64,000 bases of DNA from Bacteroidota bacterium (GTDB lineage: Bacteria; Bacteroidota; Bacteroidia; Bacteroidales; VadinHA17). Location of the stretch: NCBI GenBank assembly GCA_018262715.1, contig JADFDS010000006.1, positions 7,648 through 71,647 on the forward strand, in the 5' to 3' direction. The notes beneath the pieces are model-generated. The model was not told the DNA's origin, ran no database searches, and saw only the letters and a program-made list of their open reading frames with translations. Shown piece after piece: positions 49,793 to 61,271 of the stretch (positions are counted from its first letter, which is position 1; the number at the start of each line of letters is the position of its first letter). Made by a program: the position numbers and the translations under genes.

Positions 49793-51247
49793 ATGAACAG
49801 GAATGAATTCAACAGGTTCATTGCAGGCATTGATCTCCCGGGTCCGGGAGACCTGGATGAGTTGAGGGAGCTTACTTCCCTTTTTCCCTGGTTTCATTCC
49901 GCCCATATGCTTCTTCTGCGGGGGCTGAAGGAGAATAATGACATCCGGTTTGATTCGCAGCTCCGGGTATCAGCTCTTTCAGTGGCTGACAGGGAGGTGC
50001 TTTACCACTATTTGTTTCTTTCTCCTGCTGATGTTGCAGGGGCAGAGGTTGTTACCACACCGGCGTTCACTGAAGTGCCGTGTGAAGAGGTTCCCCCGGT
50101 GGTTATCACGGCAACCGGGGAGACTCCGGTAGCTGAGGAGGTCCCGGACACTGAGGAGATTCCTGTTATCTCCGCGGATCAGCCTGCGGAAGGGACCCCG
50201 GTAGCTGAGGAGGTCCCGGGCACCGAAGAGGTGCCTGGCTCAGAGGAAGTCATTGTCACTGAGGAGGTCCCGGTCACCGGGGAGACCCCTGTCATTTTCG
50301 CTGATCAGTCTGAAGAAGAAATCCCTGGTCCCGAGGAAATTTCTGTAGCCGGTGAAGAAAGTGCTGGTAATGTCATTGACGGCGCTGAAGACCGGCAGGC
50401 AGAGGAGCTGACGGAGAAACTACGCACCAGGGAGGAGCTCATTGCTGAGATTGAAGCGCGGCTCAGGGAACTTGAAGAGATTCACAAGACAGCTGCTGAC
50501 CAGGTGGCTCAGCAGGTGCCGGAGCAGCAAATCCCCGTTGCCGGACAAATGCCGGAGGAAATGCCGGCAACCGTACTTCAGCCGGAGGAGCTGCCGGTAA
50601 CAGAGCCTGTCATGGAGGAGGTCCTCATGCCTGAATCCATGCCGGTGGAAATACCGGTGCATGACCTTCCACCAGAGAGGATGCCCGAATCCGAACTTTC
50701 AACTGAGGAAACACCGGTAACTGAATCTGCCCCGGAGGAACTGCCGGCACCGGAACCTGAGCCTGAGGAAATTCCACAGGAATTCCCTGAGCAGTTCCCT
50801 GAGGAATTCCCTGAGCCGGTCACGGAACCACTCCCTGAACCTGTTCCCGGAATTGAGATTGAATGGCAGACAGGTACTCCGGCAGAATCAGAATCCGATG
50901 CCGAACCCCGGCAGGAGGAGCTCCTCGAGCTGATCCCTGATCAGCCGGAGGAAGAGTCTGAGCCTGCCACGCAGCTGACCCCGGCCGATCTGATTGACCG
51001 TTTTATCAGGATCAGTCCTTCAATTGAGAGGCTCACTCCGGGCGATGTTCAGCCGGTAAAGGACCTGTCGGCAGAGAGCACGGATGAACACGGCAAATTC
51101 ATAACGGAAACACTGGCAAAGATTTACATCAACCAGGGCTACTATTCCAGGGCAATAAATATTTATGAAAGACTCTCATTGCAATATCCGGAAAAAAGTG
51201 CTTACTTTGCAAGCCGTATTGAAAAGATCAAAGATTTAATAAAATAG
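49793..51247 (+). CDS. Hypothetical protein with long acidic Glu/Pro-rich linker and C-terminal TPR-like motif
   Basis: N-terminal L...FPWF..AH.L, C-terminal TETLAKIY..QG....AI.IY..L.L.YPEKS.YFA. Confidence 0.8.
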   Translation: MNRNEFNRFIAGIDLPGPGDLDELRELTSLFPWFHSAHMLLLRGLKENNDIRFDSQLRVSALSVADREVLYHYLFLSPADVAGAEVVTTPAFTEVPCEEVPPVVITATGETPVAEEVPDTEEIPVISADQPAEGTPVAEEVPGTEEVPGSEEVIVTEEVPVTGETPVIFADQSEEEIPGPEEISVAGEESAGNVIDGAEDRQAEELTEKLRTREELIAEIEARLRELEEIHKTAADQVAQQVPEQQIPVAGQMPEEMPATVLQPEELPVTEPVMEEVLMPESMPVEIPVHDLPPERMPESELSTEETPVTESAPEELPAPEPEPEEIPQEFPEQFPEEFPEPVTEPLPEPVPGIEIEWQTGTPAESESDAEPRQEELLELIPDQPEEESEPATQLTPADLIDRFIRISPSIERLTPGDVQPVKDLSAESTDEHGKFITETLAKIYINQGYYSRAINIYERLSLQYPEKSAYFASRIEKIKDLIK

Positions 51248-51254
51248 TATAACA

Positions 51255-51605
51255 ATGGGTATTTATATTTTCCTTACGATCCTGGTTATCCTTGCATGTG
51301 TACTCGTAATTATGGTGGTGCTGGTTCAGAACTCCAAAGGAGGCGGTCTCGCATCGAACTTCACCTCAGCCGGCCAGTCGATGGGCGTACGCAAGACAGC
51401 AGACTTTCTTGAGAAATCAACATGGACCCTCGGAGCTGCCATTCTGGTTCTTTGCCTGGCAGCCACTGCCTCAATTCCGAGAGGACAGGGTGCGAAAGAG
51501 TCGGTCATCAAGTCATCAATTGAAAGAGCACAGGATCCCAACGCCATACCGGTGCTTCCTACACAGACACCTGTACAGGAGCAGCCTGAAGGCGGTAACG
51601 AATAA
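51255..51605 (+). CDS. secG: Preprotein translocase subunit SecG
   Basis: VLVQNSKGGGL...F, GVRKT.DFLEK.TW. Confidence 0.95.
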   Translation: MGIYIFLTILVILACVLVIMVVLVQNSKGGGLASNFTSAGQSMGVRKTADFLEKSTWTLGAAILVLCLAATASIPRGQGAKESVIKSSIERAQDPNAIPVLPTQTPVQEQPEGGNE

Positions 51606-51628
51606 TAATGACACCGTGAAGACAGCGG

Positions 51629-51663
51629 AGTGTCAGTTTGTCATGAACTGACACTTTTTTTTT
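51629..51663 (+). terminator. Terminator after secG
   Basis: AGTGTCAGTT-TGTCATG-AACTGACACT plus T-run. Confidence 0.75.
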
Positions 51664-51676
51664 GCCAACTTCCCTT

Positions 51677-51691
51677 TGGCACAGATTATGA
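51677..51691 (+). promoter_or_regulatory. Possible sigma54 -24/-12 promoter of groES
   Basis: TGGCAC-AGATT-ATGA (GG-N10-GA; -12 element imperfect). Confidence 0.4.
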
Positions 51692-51737
51692 AATTCTGAA
51701 GCAGGAAAAATATTGTTTAACTATAAAACTACTAGCA

Positions 51738-52016
51738 ATGGCACAATTAAAAGGAAAAGTGCTGGCAGGCAAGATCCTCGTCAAGCCTCATGAGGCAGAG
51801 GAAAAGACCGCCAGTGGCATTATTATCCCCGACTCAGCAAAGGAAAAACCGCGCGCAGGCACTGTTGTTCTTGTTGGTGCTGCGAAAAAAGATGAAGAGA
51901 TGGAACTTAAAAAGGGAGATGTTGTTCTCTACGGGAAATACTCCGGCCAGGAACTGAATATCGATGGCGCAGACTATCTCCTTCTTTCTCAGTCTGATGT
52001 TCTCTATATTTCGTAA
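51738..52016 (+). CDS. groES: Co-chaperonin GroES
   Basis: EEKTASGIIIPDSAKEKP, GD.VLYGKYSG; start MAQLKG at 51738. Confidence 0.95.
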   Translation: MAQLKGKVLAGKILVKPHEAEEKTASGIIIPDSAKEKPRAGTVVLVGAAKKDEEMELKKGDVVLYGKYSGQELNIDGADYLLLSQSDVLYIS

Positions 52017-52025
52017 CAACCTTAA

Positions 52026-53672
<1,647 letters not shown>

Positions 53673-53700
53673 AAAGAAGAAGCTTATTGATTTAATTGGA

Positions 53701-53732
53701 AAGGCTGCCCCGGATCCCGGGGCAGTTTTTTT
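53701..53732 (+). terminator. groESL terminator
   Basis: GGCTGCCCCGG-ATC-CCGGGGCAGTT plus T-run. Confidence 0.85.
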
Positions 53733-53850
53733 ATTTGCGATTTCAGATTGGCGAATCAAAAATTCGCAAGTCACAAATCCGAAATCGCAAATCCGAAATC
53801 GCAAATCCGAAATCCCAATTCGCAAATCGCAATTCGCAAATCGCAAATCC
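53733..53850 (+). repeat. Longest AAATC(GC/CG/AC) heptamer array, preceded by inverted units
   Basis: About 13 degenerate units (aaatcgc, aaatccg, aattcgc), preceded by atttgcgatttcagatt. Confidence 0.9.
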
Positions 53851-53876
53851 AGCCAATTTTCCCCATCTTTGCATTT

Positions 53877-55280
53877 ATGACTGACCCCAGGCAGGTATAC
53901 GAGCTCGAGCATGAGAAACCGGGGAAACTGATGTGGAAATACTTCCTCCCCGCATTTGCCAGCATGATGGCAAACGCGCTCTACAACGTGGTTGACCGCA
54001 TCTATATCGGTCAGGGGGTTGACGCCCTGGCACTGTCAGGCCTGACGGTGGTGTTCCCGCTGATGATAATCATCATGGCCTTCGGAATGCTTGTCGGCAT
54101 GGGCTCGGCAGTACGCATCTCACTCAGCCTTGGTGAGAAGGACTTCGACCGGGCTAACCGCATCCTGGGAAATGCATTCTTTCTATCGCTCGTTCTGGGC
54201 CTGGTGCTGATGGGAACAGGATTCCTGGTGCGTGACAGGGTATTGCAAATATTCGGAGCAGGTCCTGAAACCATTCAGTACGCCTCAGATTACTTCACCA
54301 TCATCCTCCTGGGCACACCCATGGCAATGATGGGCTTCTCCCTGAACAACGTAATCAGGGCAGAGGGTAATCCGCGGATAGCCATGTATTCCATATTCAT
54401 CAGTGCCGGGCTGAACATCGTTCTTGACCCTATCTTCATCTTCGGGCTTGACATGGGTGTTAAAGGGGCTGCCATTGCCACGGTGATCTCGCATTTCGTG
54501 CTGGCCGTTTGGGTACTGGTACATTTCCGCAGTAAAAGGAGCGTGACCCGTCTCACCGCTGCCACATTCAGGCCAGACTTCTATATCATTAAGTATATAG
54601 TCTCCATTGGATTCGCCCCGTTTGCGATGAACCTGGCCTCAAGCATTGTCTGGGGGGTTATGAACTCAAAGTTCATTAAGTACGGAGGTGACATCTCCGT
54701 CGCAGCCCTTGGAATTGTCAACAGCGCCACAATGATGCTGGTGATCTCGATCATCTCCATAAATATGGCGGTGCAGCCGATTGTCGGATTCAACTATGGC
54801 GCCGGTCTCTTTTGCCGTGTGAAGGAGACCATGATGAAGGCGATCAGGTACGCCACCCTGATTGCTGCCGGTGGATGGCTGATATGTATGCTTGCTCCCG
54901 GGGTAATAGTAAGCATCTTCAATACAGACAGCCCGGAGCTGCGCGAGGCCGGCACACTTGGGCTTCGCATCTACTGCGCCGTGCTGCCTGTTGTCGGATT
55001 CCAGATCATAGCTTCCAATTATTTCCAGGCAATAGGAAAGGCCAGGCTGGCAACCTTCCTCTCATTGCTCAGGCAGATAATCGTCCTTCTTCCGCTGATT
55101 TTCATCCTTCCGCAGTTCTGGGGCGCAACCGGGGTCTGGATAGCCAATCCCATCTCGGATTTCGTGGCAGCGGTTATCTCATTCATTTTCTTCCGCCGCG
55201 AGATCGCGAAGCTTAACTGTGATATGCCCGTTGCCGGGCGAAGAAACCCGGAGATTGCACCTCCGTCAGAAACCTACTGA
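53877..55280 (+). CDS. MATE family efflux transporter
   Basis: ALYNVVDRIYIG, LNIVLDPIFIF...MGVKGAAIAT, QPIVGFNYGA; ATG at 53877. Confidence 0.93.
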   Translation: MTDPRQVYELEHEKPGKLMWKYFLPAFASMMANALYNVVDRIYIGQGVDALALSGLTVVFPLMIIIMAFGMLVGMGSAVRISLSLGEKDFDRANRILGNAFFLSLVLGLVLMGTGFLVRDRVLQIFGAGPETIQYASDYFTIILLGTPMAMMGFSLNNVIRAEGNPRIAMYSIFISAGLNIVLDPIFIFGLDMGVKGAAIATVISHFVLAVWVLVHFRSKRSVTRLTAATFRPDFYIIKYIVSIGFAPFAMNLASSIVWGVMNSKFIKYGGDISVAALGIVNSATMMLVISIISINMAVQPIVGFNYGAGLFCRVKETMMKAIRYATLIAAGGWLICMLAPGVIVSIFNTDSPELREAGTLGLRIYCAVLPVVGFQIIASNYFQAIGKARLATFLSLLRQIIVLLPLIFILPQFWGATGVWIANPISDFVAAVISFIFFRREIAKLNCDMPVAGRRNPEIAPPSETY

Positions 55281-56755
55281 TTCTCCTGCAACCTCTTTTT
55301 TCTCAGTACTGCCAGGAAAAGCGCGAACACCGCGACTGCGGCCGCAATGCCTGCCGGAAGTGACACCTTCATCGGCAGGGCCAGTCCGCCACCCGTGTGC
55401 GGGGCCGCCAGCAGATAGGTTACGCAGACTGCTGTAAGAAACAGTGCCGGGAGTGACATCATAAGGTGACTCTTGCCCCTGAGGCCTAGATACATTGAGA
55501 TGGTCCAGCATGTGATGGCTGCCAGGGCCTGGTTTGAGATGCCTACAAATTTCCAGATCCGGGCAAACTCATCCTTCATGACAAAGGTCAGAATGAAGGC
55601 AAGCGCAAACACTGGCACAACTATCAGTAACCTTGATGATACCTTCTTCTGTGGAATTTTCAGCATATCGGCAATGGTCAGTCTGGCGCTCCTGAAGGCA
55701 GTATCGCCCGAGGTCACAGGGCATGCCACAACACCAATCACGGCTACCACCGCGCCAACCTTGCCAAGCCATGACCTGCATATCTCATTCACGAGCCATG
55801 CCGGGTCGGGCTTGATTGCCGGGTTATCAGCCAGCGGGTGGGTAAAGGCATAATTCAGTCCATGCACGTCACCCATATAATTCATGGCCGCTGTTGCCCA
55901 TATCATTGCAACGATGCCTTCGGCGATCATTGCGCCGTAAAATATATGCCTTCCCTGCTTCTCTGACCTGATGCACCTGGCCATCAGGGGCGACTGTGTA
56001 GCATGGAATCCTGATATTGCGCCGCATGAAACCACTATAAACAGGAACGGGAAGATGTTATTGGTGGCGGCATCAGGCTGGAAGTTGACAAGGCTGGCCG
56101 GGGAAAGCTCCATCAGGGTGATGTTGCCACCGGCCAGGTTGACTATCAGCCCGCCCAAAACTCCGGCAGCCATGAATATCAGAGCTGCGCCAAAGAAGGG
56201 ATAGAGCAGCCCTATTATCTTGTCTATAGGGAGCAGCGTGGCAAGTATATAATAGAAAAAAATCAATCCCAGCCAGAAGGGGAGGCTGAAGCCTGTCATT
56301 GTAAAAAGCAGCTTCGCCGGTCCGCTCACGAAAGCCACTCCGACGAATATCAGCAGGAAAAGGGTGAAGGCCCTGAGGAACATCCTCATGGATTTACCGA
56401 GGTAGGTGCCGACCAGTTCAGGGAGGCTGGCGCCGCCGTGGCGCACTGAGAGCATCCCTCCGAAGTAATCATGTGTGGCACCCATGAAGATGCATCCCAG
56501 CACTATCCAGATATAGACAACCGGCCCGTACATGGCTCCCAGTATCGCTCCAAAGATCGGTCCCAGGCCTGCAATGTTGAGGAACTGGATCATGAAGACC
56601 CGCCATCCCTTCATGGGGATGTAATCAATACCGTCATTTTTCGTGAAGGCGGGAGTGGTCCGCGCCGGGTCCATCCCAAAGAATCTTTCGGCCACTCTTC
56701 CGTAGACAAGATATCCCAGGATAAGCAACGTGACCGACACTGCCAGGGTTATCAT
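55274..56755 (-). CDS. cstA: Carbon starvation protein A family transporter
   Basis: IQFLNIAGLGPIFGA, CGAISGFHATQSP, PVTSGDTAFRSAR. Confidence 0.92.
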   Translation of the reverse strand: MITLAVSVTLLILGYLVYGRVAERFFGMDPARTTPAFTKNDGIDYIPMKGWRVFMIQFLNIAGLGPIFGAILGAMYGPVVYIWIVLGCIFMGATHDYFGGMLSVRHGGASLPELVGTYLGKSMRMFLRAFTLFLLIFVGVAFVSGPAKLLFTMTGFSLPFWLGLIFFYYILATLLPIDKIIGLLYPFFGAALIFMAAGVLGGLIVNLAGGNITLMELSPASLVNFQPDAATNNIFPFLFIVVSCGAISGFHATQSPLMARCIRSEKQGRHIFYGAMIAEGIVAMIWATAAMNYMGDVHGLNYAFTHPLADNPAIKPDPAWLVNEICRSWLGKVGAVVAVIGVVACPVTSGDTAFRSARLTIADMLKIPQKKVSSRLLIVVPVFALAFILTFVMKDEFARIWKFVGISNQALAAITCWTISMYLGLRGKSHLMMSLPALFLTAVCVTYLLAAPHTGGGLALPMKVSLPAGIAAAVAVFALFLAVLRKKRLQENQ

Positions 56756-56879
56756 CCGTTCCTGATTAAGTAATCTGCTAAATTAACAGAAAATGCAGTA
56801 CGGTATCATAATCCCGGGGTCAATTAAGAAAGGGTCAAATTATATATATTTGCACCTGAATTGAACCGCCCGGCGGCTG

Positions 56880-58667
56880 ATGGACAACATACGCAACTTT
56901 TGCATAATAGCGCACATAGACCATGGCAAGAGCACTCTTGCCGACAGGCTTCTTGAGATGACCAGGACCGTTGATGCGCGGGATTTCCAGGACCAGGTCC
57001 TTGACAATATGGATCTTGAGCGTGAGCGTGGAATCACCATCAAGAGCCACGCCATCCAGATGTCTTATCAGTATGAGGGGAAAAACTATTTTCTCAATCT
57101 GATTGACACCCCGGGGCATGTCGATTTTTCATATGAGGTATCGCGTTCCATCGCTGCCTGCGAAGGAGCCCTTCTGGTGGTTGACGCCACCCAGGGGATT
57201 CAGGCTCAGACAATATCCAACCTTTACATGGCCATTGAACACGGGCTGGAGATCATCCCTGTGATGAACAAGATGGATTCACCCAGCGCCATGCCCGAAG
57301 AGGTGAAGGATCAGATTGTTGACCTCATCGGCTGTAAGCGCGAAGAGATAATCGAGGCCAGCGCCCGCACCGGGATGGGCATTGACCGGATCATGTCAGA
57401 GATCATCACAAAGATACCTGCCCCCAAGGGCGATCCGGATGCACCTCTTCAGGCGCTCATCTTTGACTCGGTTTTCAACTCATTCAGGGGGATCATAGCC
57501 TACTTCAAAATAGCCAACGGTACCATCAGGACCCATGAGCTGGTGAAGTTTGTCAACACCGGCAGCGAGTATGATGCCGATGAGATAGGTGTGCTGAAAC
57601 TTAAGCGCGAGCCGCGCGATGTGCTTAGAGCTGGTGACGTGGGCTATATCATTTCCGGCATCAAGGTCTCTGCCGAGGTAAAAGTGGGTGACACAATAAC
57701 CCACGTGGCCAGACCGTGTGACAGGGCCATCTCCGGCTTCGCCGACGTGAAACCGATGGTCTTTGCAGGTATTTACCCCGTTGACGCGGATGACTACGAG
57801 GACCTTCGGGCATCAATTGAAAAGCTGCAGCTCAATGATGCGTCACTGACTTTCGTCCCTGAATCATCCGCTGCCCTGGGATTCGGCTTCAGGTGCGGCT
57901 TCCTCGGGCTGCTGCATATGGAGATAATACAGGAACGGCTCGACCGCGAGTTCGACATGGATGTCATTACCACCGTGCCGAACGTCTCATTCCGTGTGCT
58001 GACAACAAGGGGCGAAATCATTGACGTGCACAACCCCTCAGGCATGCCTCCGTCAACAACCATTGACGAGATTGAAGAACCCTACATTCATGCCCAGGTG
58101 ATTTCGAAGTCGGAGTACCTTGGATCCATCCTCAAGCTCTGCATTGACAAGAGAGGTACGATGAAGAACCAGGTTTACCTTACCAGTGACAGGGTGGAGG
58201 TGACCTTTGACATGCCCCTGTCAGAGATCGTGTTTGACTTCTATGACAAGCTGAAGAGCATCTCGAAGGGTTATGCTTCGTTCGATTATCACATCACCGG
58301 TTACAAGAAAGCTGACCTGGTGAGGCTTGACATACTTCTCAACGGGGAAATGGTTGATGCACTCTCAACCCTTATCTACAGGGGTCATGCATATGATTTC
58401 GGCCGCAGGATGTGCGAAAAGCTGCGCGAACTGATACCGAGACAGCAGTTTGACATTGCCATACAGGCAGCCATCGGAGCCAAGATAATTGCCCGCGAAA
58501 CAGTCAAGGCAGTCCGCAAGGATGTGACCGCAAAATGCTACGGCGGTGACATCACCAGGAAGAGAAAACTGCTTGAGAAACAGAAGAAGGGCAAGAAGAG
58601 AATGCGCCAGATTGGCAACGTGGAGGTGCCGCAACAGGCTTTCCTGGCAGTACTTAAGCTCGACTGA
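56880..58667 (+). CDS. lepA: Translation elongation factor 4
   Basis: [44 protein letters not shown]. Confidence 0.99.
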   Translation: MDNIRNFCIIAHIDHGKSTLADRLLEMTRTVDARDFQDQVLDNMDLERERGITIKSHAIQMSYQYEGKNYFLNLIDTPGHVDFSYEVSRSIAACEGALLVVDATQGIQAQTISNLYMAIEHGLEIIPVMNKMDSPSAMPEEVKDQIVDLIGCKREEIIEASARTGMGIDRIMSEIITKIPAPKGDPDAPLQALIFDSVFNSFRGIIAYFKIANGTIRTHELVKFVNTGSEYDADEIGVLKLKREPRDVLRAGDVGYIISGIKVSAEVKVGDTITHVARPCDRAISGFADVKPMVFAGIYPVDADDYEDLRASIEKLQLNDASLTFVPESSAALGFGFRCGFLGLLHMEIIQERLDREFDMDVITTVPNVSFRVLTTRGEIIDVHNPSGMPPSTTIDEIEEPYIHAQVISKSEYLGSILKLCIDKRGTMKNQVYLTSDRVEVTFDMPLSEIVFDFYDKLKSISKGYASFDYHITGYKKADLVRLDILLNGEMVDALSTLIYRGHAYDFGRRMCEKLRELIPRQQFDIAIQAAIGAKIIARETVKAVRKDVTAKCYGGDITRKRKLLEKQKKGKKRMRQIGNVEVPQQAFLAVLKLD

Positions 58668-58717
58668 TAAAAAAAATGAAGGGGGTATTGCAAATAAATA
58701 AATTATACTAACTTAGC

Positions 58718-58822
58718 GCTTCGTTGGGCTTTGACGGGAAGAATATTACACAAGTCGAAAGACCCTGAAACTAACCTAGACTCATACCCCGTTCGGATTA
58801 TCCGGGCGGGGTATTTACTTTT
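58718..58822 (+). ncRNA. Candidate small RNA (or structured lepA 3'UTR)
   Basis: Promoter-like ATTG-N18-TAACTTAG (58687-58716); bulged 5' stem GGGCUUUGAC/GUCGAAAGACCC; 14-bp terminator stem 58784-58814 with G-U pairs on the plus strand. Confidence 0.5.
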
Positions 58823-58855
58823 CGGCAGCCCTGCCCGCTTTATGAATGGTCATGC

Positions 58856-59542
58856 TCAGCAGAGCAGTTTGTATCCTTTGCCGTGGATATTCAGTATCTC
58901 CACCGATTCATCCCTGCTCAGGTACTTGCGCAGCTTGGTGATGTAAACGTCCATGCTTCGCGCATTGAAATAGTTGTCATCAATCCAGATTGACTTCAGG
59001 GCGAAATTGCGTTCAAGCACCTCATTCCGGTTGCGGCAGAGCAGCTCCAGGAGCTCAGACTCCTTTGTGGTGAGCTTGCGCGACTGATCATTGTATGTCA
59101 GCAGCTGTTTCGTCACGTCAAAGGTGAATTTCCCGATGGTGTATGATGTTGCCGGAGGATCTGCCTGTTTTCCGGAGGCACGCCGCAGTATGGCCTCAAT
59201 ACGGTACAGCAGCTCTTCCATTGAAAACGGTTTGGTAAGGTAGTCATCAGCGCCCGATTTGAATCCTTCAATCACATCCTCCTTGAGATTCTTTGCGGTA
59301 AGGAAGATGACCGGGATGTGAGGGTCAAGCGCCCTGATCTCTTTCGCCAGCGTGAACCCGTCTAGTTCAGGCATCATCACGTCGAGGAGGCAAAGTTGAT
59401 ATTTGTCTTTCCTGAAGACCTGCAAGGCCTGTGCACCGTCAGTGACCAGTGTTGTATCGTACTCCCTTGCTATGAGGTAGTTCTTCAGCAACTGCCCGAG
59501 GTTGGGATCGTCTTCTGCCAGTAAAATGCTGATTTTCTTCAT
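58856..59542 (-). CDS. rprY: OmpR-family response regulator, RprY-like
   Basis: AEDD, LDVMMP, FLTAK, KPF; IW.DDNYFNARSMDVYITKLRK winged helix. Confidence 0.88.
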   Translation of the reverse strand: MKKISILLAEDDPNLGQLLKNYLIAREYDTTLVTDGAQALQVFRKDKYQLCLLDVMMPELDGFTLAKEIRALDPHIPVIFLTAKNLKEDVIEGFKSGADDYLTKPFSMEELLYRIEAILRRASGKQADPPATSYTIGKFTFDVTKQLLTYNDQSRKLTTKESELLELLCRNRNEVLERNFALKSIWIDDNYFNARSMDVYITKLRKYLSRDESVEILNIHGKGYKLLC

Positions 59543-61077
59543 TTTGGCTGTTCTTTTGGAAGGTGAATGATAATTCTGGTTCCTTTTGCGGTCTGGCTCT
59601 CCACTTTAATGGTGCCGTAATGCTCTTCAACGATCTTTTTCACATAGCTGAGTCCAAGGCCGAATCCTTTGATATTGTGTGTATTTCCCGCGGGAACGCG
59701 GTAAAACTTTTCAAATATATGTTTCAGGTGCTCTCGTGGTATGCCGATTCCGTTGTCTGATACGGTGATGACGATGCCCCTGTGCCATGCTGCAGTGGTT
59801 ACGGTTATTTCAGGTGTGCTCAGGGTGTACTTGAGGGCATTGTCAATGAGGTTGAGCAGTACATTGAAGAAGTTGGCCTCATCAAGTACCACAATCGGGT
59901 CGGAGGCGTCAAGGAAAGTTGAGATGGTTCCGCCGCGTCCGTTGACCTGGAGTTTGAAGGCATCAACTGACCGTATAATGAGGGCATGCAGGTCAACCGG
60001 CTGCTTGTTGAGCTCAAGCCTGGCTTTCTCAAAGATTGCCGTATGCAGCACCCTCTCAACCAGCACCTTCAGCCTGTTGCTCTCTTCCCTGATGACCGTG
60101 GCAAGGCTGCCGGTATTTCTCGAGCTCTCAGGGATGGAGGGATCGGCAAGCATCTGAGATGCCAGTGATATGGTAGCTATCGGCGTTTTAAGCTCATGAG
60201 TCATGTTGTTGATGAAGTCGCTCCGTATCTCTGACAGCCTCTTCTGGCGGAAGATGACGATGAAGGTTCCTGTAGCCAGAAGGGTCAGCAGCAGGACTAT
60301 CAGCATCGATGAGCTGGCCATGAACGCGATCTGGCTGAATTTATATTCCTCCTCCTCGGGAAAATATATCGAAAGTATATTATTTCCGGGCACCGGGTCA
60401 TTTGGGAACAGCTGGCGGAGGTACTTGTTGGCCCCGCTGCTTTCCAGGTAGTCAGGGGTTCTGTAGATTATGTCGCCGTAGGCGCCTCGTACCGAACACT
60501 CATAATCAAGATGGATGCCCACGGCGTCAAGTGATCTCCTTATCAGGCTGTTCAGTTCATCTGCCGTGAAACGGTCACGCAGGGGAGGAGTCTCATGCAG
60601 TATCCTGCTCACAATATTTTCAATGGAGATAACCTTGCTGGTCATCCTGCTGGTAGCTCCGGCCGAGAGGATCTGCTCGTCAGGCTCGGCGCTTTCAAAG
60701 AATGATTCAACTCCCAGGCTGTCGGAATCGAGCAGGTAGGTATAGCCGGCCCTGCTGATAATTATTGATCTGACACCGGGGTCGAAGCCGTATTTTTCGA
60801 GAAGCTTTTCTTCAGCTGATTTCTGCTCAGACTGTTCTGAAGGTTCATCGGTGTCCTGTGGAATCGGTTCGGGATTGATGCCGCTCATTATGCGCTTATA
60901 GGTTTCAGCCTTCTCCAGCTCTGATACCACCTCTTTCAGGGCTTCGTTCACTCCAAACCTGAATTGCTGGTCCTCTGCGCTCACTACATTGTTGATCCAC
61001 CTGACCTGGATTATTACCAGGGCAGATATGGCCAGGAAAAAGAATATGGCCAGGAGGACTATATATGAGCGTTTCAT
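59539..61077 (-). CDS. Sensor histidine kinase, RprX-like
   Basis: Two TM helices; FINNMTHELKTP H-box; NLIDNALKY, DNGIGI, GFGLGL; overlaps the response regulator start. Confidence 0.92.
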   Translation of the reverse strand: MKRSYIVLLAIFFFLAISALVIIQVRWINNVVSAEDQQFRFGVNEALKEVVSELEKAETYKRIMSGINPEPIPQDTDEPSEQSEQKSAEEKLLEKYGFDPGVRSIIISRAGYTYLLDSDSLGVESFFESAEPDEQILSAGATSRMTSKVISIENIVSRILHETPPLRDRFTADELNSLIRRSLDAVGIHLDYECSVRGAYGDIIYRTPDYLESSGANKYLRQLFPNDPVPGNNILSIYFPEEEEYKFSQIAFMASSSMLIVLLLTLLATGTFIVIFRQKRLSEIRSDFINNMTHELKTPIATISLASQMLADPSIPESSRNTGSLATVIREESNRLKVLVERVLHTAIFEKARLELNKQPVDLHALIIRSVDAFKLQVNGRGGTISTFLDASDPIVVLDEANFFNVLLNLIDNALKYTLSTPEITVTTAAWHRGIVITVSDNGIGIPREHLKHIFEKFYRVPAGNTHNIKGFGLGLSYVKKIVEEHYGTIKVESQTAKGTRIIIHLPKEQPK

Positions 61078-61246
61078 ATTTTAACAAAAATAATCTGTTA
61101 AAGCTTTAATACATAGACTTAACGTTCTTTAACAGGTTCAGGGGCAATGTAAAAAAAGCAAAGTATTAAAAAAATGTTAAAAATCAATATATTAACATAT
61201 CCTTAAGAACTTGTCCGGAAAAATATTCTGATATTTGCATCAGTTA

Positions 61247-61261
61247 TGGCACGATAATTGT
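61247..61261 (+). promoter_or_regulatory. Sigma54-like -24/-12 promoter
   Basis: TGGCACG-ATAA-TTGT versus consensus TGGCACG-N4-TTGC; no plus-strand CDS downstream. Confidence 0.6.
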
Positions 61262-61271
61262 GATAACATAA

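Noticed and set aside
51606-51737. CIRCE element before groES
   Set aside because: No TTAGCACTC-N9-GAGTGCTAA present
53748-53876. N-terminal extension of the MATE ORF
   Set aside because: It is only the translation of the heptamer array; ATG 53877 follows a -7-like element
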